Shown: one piece after another, positions 13,001 to 28,000 of the stretch
Layout of the letters: each line of letters opens with the position of its first letter
Numbering within the stretch: position 1 is the stretch's first letter
Source: Phoronis australis
Taxonomy: Eukaryota; Animalia; Phoronida
Direction of reading: 5' to 3'
Length of the DNA: 64,000 nucleotides
Assembly: GCA_002633005.1 (NCBI GenBank)
Contig: NMRA01000051.1
Coordinates: 933,273 to 997,272 of the forward strand
The notes under the pieces: model-generated
Database searches by the model: none
Told to the model about the DNA's origin: nothing
What the model saw: only the letters and a program-made list of their open reading frames with translations
Made by a program: the position numbers and the translations under genes

Positions 13001-16000
13001 TGACTGTGACGATGAGGATGGCGATATGACTACAATAGTGCAATGATGGTGACAGTGATGATGATGACAGTAATAATGGTGGCAATGATGGTGATTGCAA
13101 CAATGATGGCGATAGCATTGATGGTGACAGTGATGATGACAACAGCATTAATGGTGGCAATGATGGTGATTGCAACAATGATGGCAATAGCAATGATGGT
13201 GACAGTGATGATGACAACAGCATTAATGGTGGCAATGATGGTGATTGCAACAATGATGGCAATAGCAATGATGGTGACAGTGATGATGACGACAGCATTA
13301 ATGGTGGCAATGATGGTGATTGCAACAATGATGGCAATAGCATTGATGGTGACAGTGACGATGACGACAGTAATAATGGTGACAATGATGGTGATACAAC
13401 AATGGTGGCGATAGCATTGATGGTGACAGTGATGATGACGACAGCATTAATGGTGGCAATGATGGTGATTGCAACAATGATGGCAATAGCATTGATGGTG
13501 ACAGTGACGATGACGACAGTAATAATGGTGACAATGATGGTGATACAACAATGGTGGCAATAGCAATGATGGTGACAGTGATGATGACGACGGCATTAAT
13601 GGTGGTAATGATGGTGATTGCAACAATGATGGCGATAGCATTGATGGTGACAGTAATGAGGGTGACAATGACGGTGGTAACAATGGTGGTGACAGTGATG
13701 ATGATAATGATGATTATGATGACAGCAATGGTGATGGCAACAATGATAGTGACAGGAAATGACGGTGGTGATAATTATGATGATGGTGACAGTGATGTTG
13801 ATGACACAAAATACTCAAGAACTAAGTTACAGCAAGCCCAAAGTGTTGAAACTTTGGAAATCGATGCTTCACTTACAAAAAACACTGGGACATTCAGAAT
13901 ACTTCCTTACATTAGTCCAATCAATCATGTCACAGGGCTCAGATTAAAGGGTATGTGATTTGGCCATGTGCAATTGGCACAATCGTCTCAGCCCTTGTGC
14001 GTTATTACAGAATTTGGCTTTCGGTGAAAGGATTCGAAATGGGCCTGGGGTCTATATCTTTGTACTCGAAAAAGAACTCGCAACTCTTTTTGACATTTTC
14101 CATTCTACTTTTAATACAAACTTGAGATAAGTGTCTATTATTCTGTGCTCGAGTCTGCTATGGTTTACAGGGATGCCTGTCTAATTGAGTTTGCTCTTGA
14201 TGGCCAAAGTTATATTTTTGTTCCGAACTTGATGATTATTTGATAGACAATATCTTGAGTTCATATTAAAACAGGATAGAAAGTGTCAAAAGTACTTTTG
14301 ATTTGGAGTACAAAAATTACGGTAGACCCCATTTCCAGAGTTGCAAACTTTAATGTGTCACATGAACTGTTGTCTTCTACTTTCAGAAAAGCAAACGTTA
14401 AGTGACTTTGAGAAGACCCTGTTCACTGTGACGCGATTGGCGGCCAACGATGAATGCGTTGGTAATGTCATTGATGGACTGGTAGGCTGCTTTCAAAGTA
14501 TTCTCAATGCAGTTGATCACTCAACTGGTGTTGAGAAACACGTTGGGGAACTGTTTCATCGCCTCATACAGGTTTGTATATTTGGCAAGATTAATCTTTG
14601 ATTTTTACTGATATACCATATTGTAGTATGTCGTGAGAATATTTAAGTTTAATTACATGCAAAACGAACTCGTTTCATCCTTGGAATCGTTTCAGATTTG
14701 GATTATGTTTTCAGGCCCGGGGCTGGCTTCTCAAAGAGTGTATATCCAAAAGTTGATTTTTTGCCATGTGGCTTTGTGGTTGAGTCTCCTCCTGAGCAGG
14801 CTATGGATTTCTGCCTTTTGGCCTCGAGGTGGTGGCAGATTGTCTGACTTGGCCTTAGCCTGATTTCATGAAACAGTGATTTTTAGCCAAAAGATAATAG
14901 ACTTTTTGAGAAACAGCCTTCACGTGCCACAAATTATTTACAAATTTACTAAGTAAACTGTACTTTCAGAAGAAACGATGCCAATTTACCCCCCAAGTAA
15001 AGTTCGCTATTGTTGGTAGCAATGCAATTTTTACTTGGCGAAATAAATTTCGCCAAGTATGTTGCTCTGTCACTAAGTTTGTTTTTNNNNNNNAAGGTTC
15101 AAATGCTTCTGGAGGCTACATTTTTTTACGTAAAAGGCTAAGAATCGGCACAGTAAATGGACCGGAAGTTTGCTACAAGTATACCGGAAATTGTTTACTT
15201 CCGGTTAAAGATGGCGGAAATATCGGCTATCGCACATGCACACCTCGATTTTGGCCTAAAAACGTTTTCTCCTCTAGAGGGCGTATTATAAGACCAATTC
15301 CTTCAATTTTTTACAGGTATTAGTTTCTTATAACATGCTATTATACAAAGCCGAAAAACCGGAAGTTGCTTTCAAGATGGCGGATATGGCGCATGTTGAC
15401 CCATTTTCAGTCGTCTGGAGTGCGATTTTAAACGGGAAGAGACAAAGACGTGATTTTTTGCATGTAGATTCTTTGAAGTATAATCTTTCAAATGGCCTGA
15501 AACAAGTTTTTTCTCAGACTTACCGTTTTCGAGTTATTTGACTTTGAATTTCTTAAAAAAAACGCAAAATGTCATTTTTTTCAAAAAACTTACGGAATTA
15601 GGCGATACCATGAGTTTAGAATTTTGAACGGGCTTTCAGAAGATGTTTTCCATTTTTCGCTAGGACGTCTACTTTTCGAGTTGAGATTTTCTGATAACGC
15701 TGTTCCTTTGTTGAGCGCTCTTGCTGCATTGATGTTGGTTTATCTTCTATTGAACTAGACTGTAGCCTATTTCTTATTGATTTATGACATCTAAGTTCAT
15801 CATATGAATGTTGTGATGTTGTTCATCATCGCCACCACCATCATCATATTCGTCATCATCATCATCATCTTCGTCATCATCTCCGTCGTTATCTTTTCCG
15901 TTAATTTCGCCAAGTGTCGCACAAGACTGTATCCTTTTTCTTACTGATTTTGGACTTATACGTTCGTCATGTGTATGTTATTATTACTTCTTTTGTTCAT

Positions 16001-19000
16001 CCTCGCCACCATCGCCGTCATATTCGTCATCTTCATCATCACCTTTATCGTCATCTTTTTGGTTAATTTCGCCAAGGTTCGCTCCTCGGAGCGCTTTCAT
16101 TTTAAAAGTTTGTTGTTCCGTGAGGCATTGGATGTGACTAGTAAAATTTGCTCTCAGTAGATGTAATGCAATACAAATATATAATTAAAGTGTCGCTGGT
16201 AGAGGCATTGCAAATGACCAGTGAAATGGGCTTCCAGCGTTTGAATAATTTACCAGTAAAATTTGTTGTTGGCATAGGCAATGCAAAATTACTAAGCTTT
16301 TAGCGTAGTCCATGATGGATAATTATTCTTTTCAAACGCAAAATCTTAATTTAAGATAAAGCGCTGCATGGTCATAGTAGGTCCTGGTGTGATGTCAAAC
16401 CATTGTGTGTGTGGATTGAATGAAAGGTAGCCCAGTTAATCAAGTGGTTGTGTTAAGGATTAATTTACAGTTAGACATTGAAATGTGACCAGAATTGGAA
16501 CATAAGTCACTTTTACTTTGACTTTTTTGCTGCTTTGCTATTGCTACATTCTTGACCCTTCATTGTTCAAACAACAGGTTTAAAATGCCTTATTAACCAG
16601 TGGCAATTATTCAAACAATGGTTTTAAATGTCTTTTTAACTGGTGTCTTGTTTAAGTTCATGTCCTGTCAGTTTAGGGATTCCAGCAATGTGTATATCAA
16701 AAAACACAGGAATGCAAGGGATTATTGTTTGAAGATGGTGCTTAGTCATGTGTCGTTATTTAAAGATGTTGTTCTATGCATGTCTTGTAATCATCCGTCA
16801 TTCTATTATCCATCCGTCATGTCGTCTAGACAGCAGTTTGAACTCTGATTAAATCCCGTTATGTTCTGACAATGGTGATGCTTCATTTCTCCTGTCATCC
16901 CTTCAAAAACCGGATAACTGTGATGAAAATTTTCTGCTGTTCTCTGGGCGGTGAAATATACCACCCATGTTGCACCGTGTTGAAACGCTATATTGCCTTA
17001 TGAATGTACTAATCTTGAAATTCTGAAGTCTGCTTTAGTGTTCAAGGTCTGTGGTTTTCGTGTACAGCAACTAACTGGCCATTGAATGCAATGTTGATTG
17101 AGCTGTTCTTTTGCCTTGCAGACATGCTACGGTGAAATTAAAAAGTGCCACTGCCATGATGACCGACTCTTTGTGTTCCATTTACTAGGAAAGGTGCTTT
17201 ATCTTGCGCTTCAGGTAACAGTGGGTCTTCAGTCAGAGTGACGTTTTTCTTCTAATAAATGCCCACATACTTAAACGACACTTTTTGCTAGCTTTTCACC
17301 AGTTTAGTTTCGCTAAAATTGCACCCCTGAATGTGTTTTTGTTCATTTGTGGTGGCCATTTTGTTGCTGCACCGCTCAAAAACTAAATTAAAAATTCTAG
17401 ATATAAAAACCTGCTGAATTTGAAGAATTTCATGTCACATTCTTAGCATAACTTGGGAATGAGTTTAGCATGCTAAATTGTTATTATGTGTTTAAATTCA
17501 TTTGATGAAGTCATTAGATGAAATGCTGTGGAAAGAATATCTTTAAAAATAGGACCAATGCATTAATGAAAATGAGATGTTTACATTCAGTATTGAGCTT
17601 AATATATATTAACTGTTTGCTGGCTTAACTCATAGGTAAATTGGCAATAGTCACTTAAATGGGTTCCGCATTTTGAGAACCTCAAATTTGATGCCAGTTG
17701 TACAGTAGAAAAAATGGTTCTCATATTGTGATATCTCTGTAAGTGACTATTTAACTACCAACCATATTCGCCCTAATAAGCGCCCATGCTCCTATAACCA
17801 CCCCCTCACGGGTTTTCAGACTTTGCTAAAATAAGCGCCTAACCTATGAACGTGTACATGCGAAAAATGCCTTACCTACAGTACTAAAATTCTACAGTAA
17901 CGTCTTCAATTTATCAATAAGATCCAACAGTCCTGAAAAAAATCATTGTGAGCGGAATTTGTAGACCACGAGCCTCGCCGCTGTCGGTATTTAGCCATGA
18001 CTATACACTTCAAACTTCCGCCATGCTTCAAAAAGAACGCATGTTTTGCAGATCTTGCAAGGAACGTGTCCCATTATGGTTTGGCCTTTCAGAACAGATG
18101 CAGCGTACTTGTCAAAGGGATTGTATTGTATATTCTCTCTCAGCAGGAATCAAAATTACGATACTTTGTACATGGGAAAACCGCAAATCGAAGTCTAATA
18201 AAATTTGATCAATGTTAAAAGCACGTAGCAAGGAAGGCATGCTACATACCTGTCATCGAAGACATTAGTCATCGGGAACTATCCATTCTTGACTAGCATA
18301 GCATTAGCATAGCATCGGTATGAAATAAATATTGGCACTAATTTCCGAAAGTTTCTAATTCCATAAAAACGTTTGCGTTATTTTCAAGAGGAATTATTTA
18401 ATTAATCATAATTGATGTTTTTTAAGTCAAAATAACCCACTGATAGTCTGCACCCTTACACCCCCCGAATCTGCGGGAAAATAACTGTTAGAATGTCACG
18501 CATCCAGTCACCCGGCGGCTCACCGAGACAATTCTCAAACTTTTTTCGCAGATGAGATCAACAAGTGCTGAATAAAACACGTTCTGATTTACTGCTTGTG
18601 TTAATTTGTTTAGTTACAATGCACACCCAGATCGTTGCCTGTACTCTGGCAAATGAACTTTAATGACACGCACGCCCTTGGTTGCTCACACATACAGACG
18701 AAGTTTAAAACAAACGTCAAGTAACAACAACATGTGTTTGTCCAGAAATTTTCTAGTGTTGCGGGGAATGATCTAGTGCAGATTTGGACTTCAATGCAGT
18801 TAACCCCGACTCCACAGGAACTTATAAATCTTGGGTACGCTATTTGGAAAACTTAAAGAGGACTTCAGGTAATTTGTTGAGTCTAAACTATATTTTTATT
18901 CAAGAATTCAAGTTGCCCTATCGACAATCGCGAGGTAGCGACGCATCAGTCGGCGAGTTTTTGCCCTGAGATTTCAGCACAATTTTTTGAAAAATGATCG

Positions 19001-22000
19001 TAATGCAATGTACCACAATTTTGTGGAAAGTCTGTCATAGGTTACATATACATCACAGAATGTAAATTTGATGAACCCTAGCTTAAGATTTTACCCGTTT
19101 CGGAAACCGGGTTTCAACCGCTTTAGGCCATAATGAGCACTCCCCCATCCTGAAACGAATTTTTCGAAGCACCCTGGGTGCTTATTAGGACGAATACAGT
19201 AATACAAGTTTGGTTGTTACTCCAGCATTCAAATGCTGTTTCAAGAATCTGTTGCCTGTGCAATGACAAAGAGAGGTGTTTCCATCCATGTTGAATTACA
19301 GCACACTTATTACAATGTGAGATTGCCGAGAAGAATTCTGTCATCACTGCCACGTTTAGCCTGAAAAGCAGTTCTAATTCACCCGGTTTGATTTACCAAC
19401 CACATGAATTATTCAATCGGTTCATGTCGGAGACATCGCAGCAACAACTCATTAAAGTTATGGATGTAAGCAATGATTATTATTTCGCGGTAATAAAATT
19501 ACGGTTTGCAAAAAAGCAATTGATAATGAATCTCTATGCAATGATTAATTGCAAAATATTATGCTAATTTGATGTTCATTCAATGTAGATTTTTCTTGAT
19601 TTCCATCTCCATGAGATTATGTTGTTTAATTGCAAACTACGTTATTCTGCTAACGAAGTCGAGCTATTTCTAAGGGTGATAAAGTCATATCCATGTGACA
19701 GGGTTAAGGACTAGAAGAGACAAAGGCGTCCATTAATCAACAGTCTTGACTTTTATTTTTGCAGCGGTTGTTCACCTCTTTTGTTACCAGTTCCTTGCCA
19801 TTCGCCAACTGCGACAGTTCAATCCATGACACGCAGCTATGATATCTTACAGGCTCTGACAATCCTCAATACTGACCATTGATTGGTTTCATTGGTACCA
19901 AGAATTAATTGATTTAAATTCCCAGAACTATCCATAGATTAGTAAAGTCTGACTAATTATTTCCGTAGATAATAAGGAAAGTTGAAGAATGTCTAATTTG
20001 CACCTTATCTAAACTGAATTTCATGCCAATCAATACAGTGTGTTTTAAATAAGATTATGCACTTAAGTTCCACCAGTGCCAATCATTATAATAATGACAA
20101 TGACAACAATACTCAGCAGCCTCGGCAGTTTATTTCCTGAGCCGCTAGGATTTAATGATAGCCTTAAAGCTATTGATTGAGCCATGTGACCATGCTCCTG
20201 CAGTAAAAGTTTTGCAAAATATTGAGAAAATACTTCGTCAAAAATGGATTTGATAACAGTGCCAGGAGACAGTGTGGCCTAGGGTGCTTTCTTTACTCGC
20301 GGTCGTGGGTTCAAGTCCCACTGGGTCACACTGCTAGGCCCTTGAGTCAGGTTTCTAGCTCCTTAGCTCTGTTTTAACTATACATTAATAAAGCATAAAA
20401 ATAGTTCCGTGTGATAAGTGCAATGGCCTACATGCACGGCCTGCGCACGTCTGGTATAACGTGTTCCTCACTGCCTGCAATTATTTTTTTATTGCCAGAT
20501 TTCTTCTGATATAAGTGTTGATGGCGAGCTTTTAATAACTGGTGTTACAGTTTTCGTAATAAACCTTTTAGATGAGATTCAATGTTTTTGATAAAAAGTC
20601 TGGAAAGTTGAGTGCTAATTTTGAATCCTGTGCTAATTGTTACAGTTTAAAAAATTTCTTCCAAGGTTTTGGAGAACTGTGCAAATATTATGTATACATG
20701 TCCAGGTTAACACCTATGTTTAACTAAATGCCCAACCCTGAATTTTAAACATGTAATAAAGTTTAGTTCTTAGTTATCCAGGATATGCATACTATTCTTA
20801 ATTCAACCAGGTCTGCTAGACTGTATTTACCTAATTCCTAGATCGTCTGAGTCATTCTTGTCTCCTTTGGTGTACCAATCACATTTTGTTGCATTTATTG
20901 CCCAGTCCCCTTGATTCTGCGCCCACGTTTTGCTGCCATCTCCATCTGGCATTCAATATCTGTTGCTTTATCTGCTAAACTCTGAGATGGATGTTCATGA
21001 AATTGTGCACACATGTTCCTATCGCGAACGGGTCACGGTACCTGTAAATTTTTGTTCAGACTTGACCACTACTGAGTCCCCTAATGGCAATTTTATGGGC
21101 ACACATCAACACTCACTCTGCTCTTGTTTTAATTCTTCAACGTTTTGAATGGGTACGCCATTGTTTTATTTGGAGGTTTTGTTTTAGTCTAGTTAAGCCA
21201 CCTATACGTTCTGAATCCAAATTTGATAACCTCGTAGGGTCATTTGACCTTCACCCTTAAGAGTTTTGAATGTTATTATGGTTTAAAGTACATTTGAATG
21301 AAGGATTGGATTTTTTATGCGCCCACATAATTATATGTAGGTGCATATTGCCCTCATCTCTATCTGGGTGTCCGGTGTCCGCGCCTGTATGTCCCAAACC
21401 CCTTGCAGGATCATATTGAAATTTAGCAGGTGTGTTCCAATGGGGTTGACAACTGAGGGCGACGAGTTTCGGACCGTCCCAAATACCGCTGTGCTTCCTA
21501 GTGGCAATTTTAGTTTTTTGCATCTGCCTCTGTATCTTCAAAGGTCCTCAACCGATTTTTATGAAATTTGGCACATAGGTATGTGCTAATGAGAGGATGC
21601 TATCCTTCAGTTTTCGGATGGATTCGAGCCATTTTGCGTCATCTAGTGGCCATTTTTACTATTTTCGAGTCCGTTTTTGGCGTCCACCCCTCTATCAACC
21701 AAATCACTCGAAGGGTGTTTGTGAAAGTTAGCATGCATGTTCTTACTATGAAGAGGACGGTTGACGATTTTCCGACGACTTTGACTACTGTGGCGGCTCC
21801 TAGTGGCAGTTTTTTTTTGCACCTATGGCTGTATCTCCTAAAATGTTGGCAGGATCTTTACTAAATTTAGGAAATGTATAATATATGATGTTGACAATGG
21901 ATCACAACAACTTTTGGACGGATCTGACTACCAGTGTGCCCCCTAGTGGCAATTTTAGTTTTTTACGCTTACCTCTATCTTCAAAGGTCCTCAACGTATT

Positions 22001-25000
22001 TTCATGAAATTTGGCATATAGGCATCTATTAGTGAGATGATGCTATCCTTCTGTTTTCAGTTGGACTTGACGTAGTTTGCACCCCCTAGTGGCCATTTTT
22101 ACTGTTTTCATGTTCACCCCTCTATCAACCAAACTGTTCTAAGGATGATTGTGAAAATTGGCATGTATGTTCTTACTATGAATAGGACAGCTCACCACGA
22201 TTTTCCGACGACTTTGACTACTGTGGTGCTTCCTAGTGGCATTTTTTGCACCCATGGCTGTATCTCCTAAACTGTTTAACCAATATATTTATTTGATGTT
22301 GACAACAAATGACTACAACTTTCAGACGGATGGGATTACCGGTGTGCCCCCTAGTGGCAATGTTAGTTTTTTAGGTTCACCTCTGTATCTTCAAAGGTCA
22401 GAAAATTTGGAATATAGGCATCTAATGGTGAGATGATGCTCTCCTCCCGTTTTTGGATGCAATCGAGGTACTTTGCACCACCTATTGGCCATTTGTGCTG
22501 TTTTCAAGTCTGTTTTTGGCGTCCACTCCTCTATTAACCAAACCATTATAAAGATTTTTTTGAAAGTAGGCATATATGTTCTCAGTGTGAAGAGGACAGT
22601 TGAAGATATTGCCTTTCACTACCGTGGTGGCTCCTAGTGGTAGTTTTGTTTTGTTTTTCGCCCATAGCTGCATCTCCTAAACACACTACATGATGATTAT
22701 TAAATTAGCTAGCAACAGACGACGTCTTTCAGGGGGATCCAATGAACGCTGTGCCTCATAGTGGGAATTTCATTTTTTCCATTTTCCTTTGTTCCTATGA
22801 AGTTCCTTGACCATTTTTATGAAACAAATAAGCAACCCTAGAAGCACACCGTGTGCGGTACATTTGTGTGCGCAGTTCAACGCTCCGCGTTGCTCTTGTT
22901 AAATATATTTATATAACAAATTAGTAAACTAGTAAAACTTAATTTCTGATAATCACAAAAATCTTAATATAATACTATGAAAGCAATGGCCAAATGTTTG
23001 TGATGACTTACCCGATAATTGCTTTTTTCTGAAAAGCCTCTGAGATTGACGTATTTCGTGCGAAACTTGCAAATTGTAATTGTTCACTTTATTAGCTAAT
23101 GAAAAGCTTGTCTGAGATTTGCTCTTATGGCCTTTTAGGTTTTATTAGGATTAGCTGTCAAAAGTTTTTTGTACGGGTTTTTATCATGAATTTGCAAATT
23201 TTGTGCAAAAAATTTCATGTTTTGTTGTAAATGTGGCGACGAAAACGTCAAGATAATTTAGGAAAGAACAAAGTCACATGATCGCGAACATTTGAGAATT
23301 ATTGTTGTGCACATAAGATTCTGTGATCATCAAGGGTTTTGAAAAATATATAGTTTTATGGGTCCACAATTCACACTTAAAAAATTACTTTAATAAATTT
23401 TTATTCTGGGTTACAAAATCTTTTAAGTGGTTCCTGAAACCACAATCTAGTAAGGTGTGTCCATTCCATGATGCAATTCTTTTTGGCATAACCTCTGTAC
23501 TGACAAAAATCCAAACTTATTTGTGGTTTTCAAACTTTTTAATAATTTTTCAGTGGAAGTCTGTTGATGCTTATTTCCTGTTTGATTCTAAGCAACACAC
23601 CGTGCCGTCTTTAAGAAACTAGTGTGTTGTTGTAGGATTCGCGCACTATTCTTGGTGCATCATATGCGCAGCATCAGAGTCATAAACTATTGTTAGGCTG
23701 TGCTCAGCTTATGTAATTTTTGCACACAATGCCCAAAATCAGAAGTCACAAGTGTGAAGTATGGGTTTGCATTATTTTTCTCCATGAATACAAAAATTGT
23801 AATGAAAATAACCTCTGATTAAAAAATAAAAGGCTTAGCCTTTTCAATTAAAACAGATAGATTGTATAATTTGGGTAATTTCATCTAGAGCACTGCTGTT
23901 GTTTTTCATGTGAATTCTGAGATGGTTGTCAGCTTGTAAACACCAGTTTACATCACAGGTAACATTTGGACCTTGTAACCTGATCTATACTTTGTGTTTT
24001 AGGTGGTGAGATTTATTTCAGCGTAATCAGATACCATGTTCCAGGAGAATCTTGCTTCCAAAATATTTGCCAAATTAATTTGAATTTGGCATCATTGACT
24101 TCTTTTTGAAGGTCACAACGAGAAAATTAAAAATTTACTTTATTACTTTTTACTCAAGAAGATACGCAGATAGTTAATAATTTTCAGCATGTCATTTGTG
24201 GCCATCTTCAGGCACCAGTAGATTTTGGTGACTTGTAATTTGTTATCAAGGTCATAGGTAGAAATGTAGCAGCTGACTGGGAAAGTTGTTGGCACAATAT
24301 CTCAGGAAAGAAACTTTGCATTTTGTTTGTACTGAGGTTTAGGTAGGGCATCTTCAGAGTCCAGTCGAATTTGGCAACTTTGACCTTGTTTTCAAGTGGT
24401 AGTGAGTAATGTTGAAGCTAGTTCGCATCATGCACTGTATGATAATTCATTTTCGAAGCTAAGTTTTGTCATTGGAAAATGTTGGCAGGGTAATTTTTGT
24501 AATGTGAAAGGTTATTCACCATATGTACATAACAACATGAAATTGTAGCCTTAAAACTGCATGCGTCCCCAGGCATTGGTGGAAGAATTAGTTTACCCTT
24601 TGACAGTTGCTACGGTATGTTAATTTTATGACAGGCCAGTTGGCAAACTAGATGAACTCAATTTCAAGCTAGTTTTATATTAGAAAATTGGCTTGTGCCC
24701 TGAATCTTTGTGAAGAACGGCACTTTTGAGTTTTTGTCCACCAGGCTTGGTAGCCATTATGCACCTAAATACCATTGAGAGGTGATTTAATTATTGCTAG
24801 ATTCTCCACTACAAAACAACTGATTGTAATTTAAAGTTGTTGATTTTAACTTCTAATTACTGTTATATTGACCTTTTATGTATAGCAAAGTCGATGTGTA
24901 TGCATCCTGTTGCTTAGATTTGTGGGATACAAGTGGTCCAATTCAAACTACAGAAAGCATGACACAGGCAATTTCTTGGTAATTAAGCTAGCAGTTGAAA

Positions 25001-28000
25001 TACAACTAAAATCATGTGATTTCCACTGTTCATTTGTGGACTAAAGTGTAAGGTGGTGCTGATTTGGCTGTTGGCTATCCCACAATCCTTTATGTAAATG
25101 AGGTCACTATCCATGAAAAGGTCAATGTTGTCTTCACAAAGTGCCGACATACAGTACATGCCAAAAGTACGCAGACAAAATGACCCAAAATTTCCCAGTC
25201 ATGATGGCTGGGAACAAGCCAATTCATAGTCTGAGTAAGTCTTCACTCTTGATCGAGAGTGAAGACAGGAATAAACAGGAAAGTTATTAAGGTGGCTAAT
25301 GGTCATTCTGTAATTAGAATTTTGCCGCTGTAATATTTGTTACCTGTAATATTTTGCTGTAAACAGGGAAATGGCATTTTGTTTCTGAATCATTACTTTT
25401 GTGTCTTGTACTGTATTTCCTATGGTTTCATTCATATGTTTCAGATGCTCAAAGGAAATCAGTGTCTACACTTTGTGGCGCTTACTTCAATAAATCGCAT
25501 TATAGACATATGCATAGTATTCAATGTGCAATCTACCGGTCGCACTAACCATGAGGAGACTGATGTTAGAACCGATGTAAAATGTGACGTGAAAGCCGAA
25601 GGCAAGTCATCCATAGGAAAGGAAAAGGAAAATTGCTCAAAGGCTGTCAGTGATAAAACTCACAAAGACAAAACGAACAGTGAAAAAGCGTCAAAAGAAA
25701 ACATATGTGATACATGTCCCAACGAGGCCACACCGATGGAGATTCTTTACTCCTGTGATCCAGCTTTTATGATGAACATTCTTCACAATGCCATCACCAT
25801 GGAGAAGAGAATTATTGGTTCTCGTCAAAAGTGTACACCATCCACTCGGTGGCACCACTGTACATATCACTGTGTTCAAATACTCAGTGCCCGTGTCGTA
25901 ACGGTTCTATCGCACAACTCTGGCATTCAACACCGACTCGTGAATGATGGGCATTTGAAAACTCTAGTTGAAGCCATCGACCCCAATCATGATCCTGTAA
26001 GGTTGCCTCCCATTTCATTTTTTGTGCCCATTACTTTATATGTGGGTGCATATTGTGGTCATCTCTGTCTGGGCGTCTGGCTTAAAATGTATTTTCATTC
26101 ACCAAACAGGGTTCTAGTAAGGAGATGACGACGCCTTCTCATTTTCAGACAGATTTGATGTTTTCTGCTTCCCCTGGTGGCCATTCAAAAATTGATGAAT
26201 AAGTTTCGGATGTCTGCCTATATTAGCTAGTGGCAATTTTGATTTTTGCATCGACGGCTGCATCACCTCAACCCTTTGAACAATCTTCGTGAAATTTTGC
26301 GGATGTGATCCTAGGGACATGGCAACATGTGATGATGAGTTTCAGACCAGTTGGGATACAGCTGTGCCCCCAAGTGTCAATTTTTTATGTTTGCCTATTT
26401 ATCTTTAGAGTTCATCGATGGATTTTCATGAAATTTGGCAAATAGGTTTCTATTAAATGCCTTTTCATTTTCGGACAGATTCGTAGTATTTTGCACCACC
26501 CAGTGGCCATTTTTTATTATTTCGAGTCCATTTTTTGAGTGTTTGCCGCTTTATCTGCCAAGTTGCTCAAAGGGTAATTATGAAACTTAGCGGTTGTGTT
26601 CCTGATGAGACCATGACGTTTGACAACTGTGGCATCCCCTAGTGGTGTATTTTTTACAACCATGGCTGTAGCTTGTGATTCCTTTGTGGTGCATTTGTCT
26701 TTGTGAACTTTTGTTTGTAACAGCTGTCCGTGACTCTTGTGACGGCTCTGACTACCGCTGTGCCCCCTAGTGGCATTTTTAGTTTTTGCATTTGCTTCTG
26801 TATCTTTGAAGCTCATTGAAAAGTTTTTCATGAGTTTGGCAAGCAAGTTTTTATTGTGAAGACAACAGCACAGTTTCAGTTTGGGATGGATTTGACGTAT
26901 TCTGCACCACCAGTGGTCATTTTAGTTATTTCTGAGAATGTGGCAAACCACTCTGAGCATCATTATAAGAATTATCAGCAGTAATCCTGCCCACTAGAGC
27001 ACGACTGACGTAGATTTTCAGACAGGTCCAACTAACTGTGGTGACTCCTAGTGACATTTTTGCATCTGCGGCAGTAGTTAACTCATGCAAGATCACAATT
27101 TGGCAAGTTTATTCCTATTACCTTGACAACAGATGAACAGATTCAACCACCGCTGCGCCTCCTAATGGCAATTTTATACATTTGCCCCTGTATCTTTGGA
27201 GTTCCATATCTTCATTAAATTTGGCATACAGTTTTGTATTAGAGATACGACGATACCTTCCCAATTTTGGCCGGGTTTGACTTATTAATTCTGTGCCATC
27301 TAATGTCCATTTTATGATACTAAAACATCCCTAGAAGCACACCATTTGCATTGCATCCATGGGCACATTTAAAAAAATCTGCGTTGCTCTTGTTTGCTGT
27401 TGTATTTAAATTCAAAGTATTTTGGTTGAAACTTATTGAGCCTCGTCTCGAGCAATAGATTTCCTGAATGACTTTCTTAACCCAGAAATCACTTCTAATC
27501 CTGTGTATGAAATAAACTGAGGATAATTTTATTGTCATGGTAAATGATTGAAATCAAATGTTGTATTCGACAGAAGTCAGGTTCATGGCAGCTTTCATAG
27601 AAAATAAACACATTTTCTTGTTTTTATTACTTCCTCAAGACCAGTGAAAGTCCACCTGCCTAACAAAACTGAAAGGCCCCAACATGCTGTTACAAATCCC
27701 TTCATAAACCCTCACCTTTATTATTACTTAATGTTGCTGTTATTGTGATTATTTTTTCCTTCTAGTGGTGATAGTTGTTGCTGGAGTCCTGTTTCAAAAT
27801 GCTAATAACAACGTTGTAGTTATCTCCCCTATTTCCAGCACCTACTCTGCCTCCTACTACAGACTCTGGCTTGCATCGCCCTCAACCCCAACTTCCATCA
27901 ATGCCTGCTGGACAGCGAGCTTTCCGATGCCTTGATGCAACTCTTGCTCCCTTCTGATGAATGGTACTATACTAATCACAGCACCAAGTATGCTAAGTTT

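Noticed and set aside
12954-13958. Several 78-143 aa ORFs (Met-rich or Ser/Leu/Pro-rich)
   Set aside because: By-products of a trinucleotide-derived minisatellite, broken by frameshifts and without splice support.
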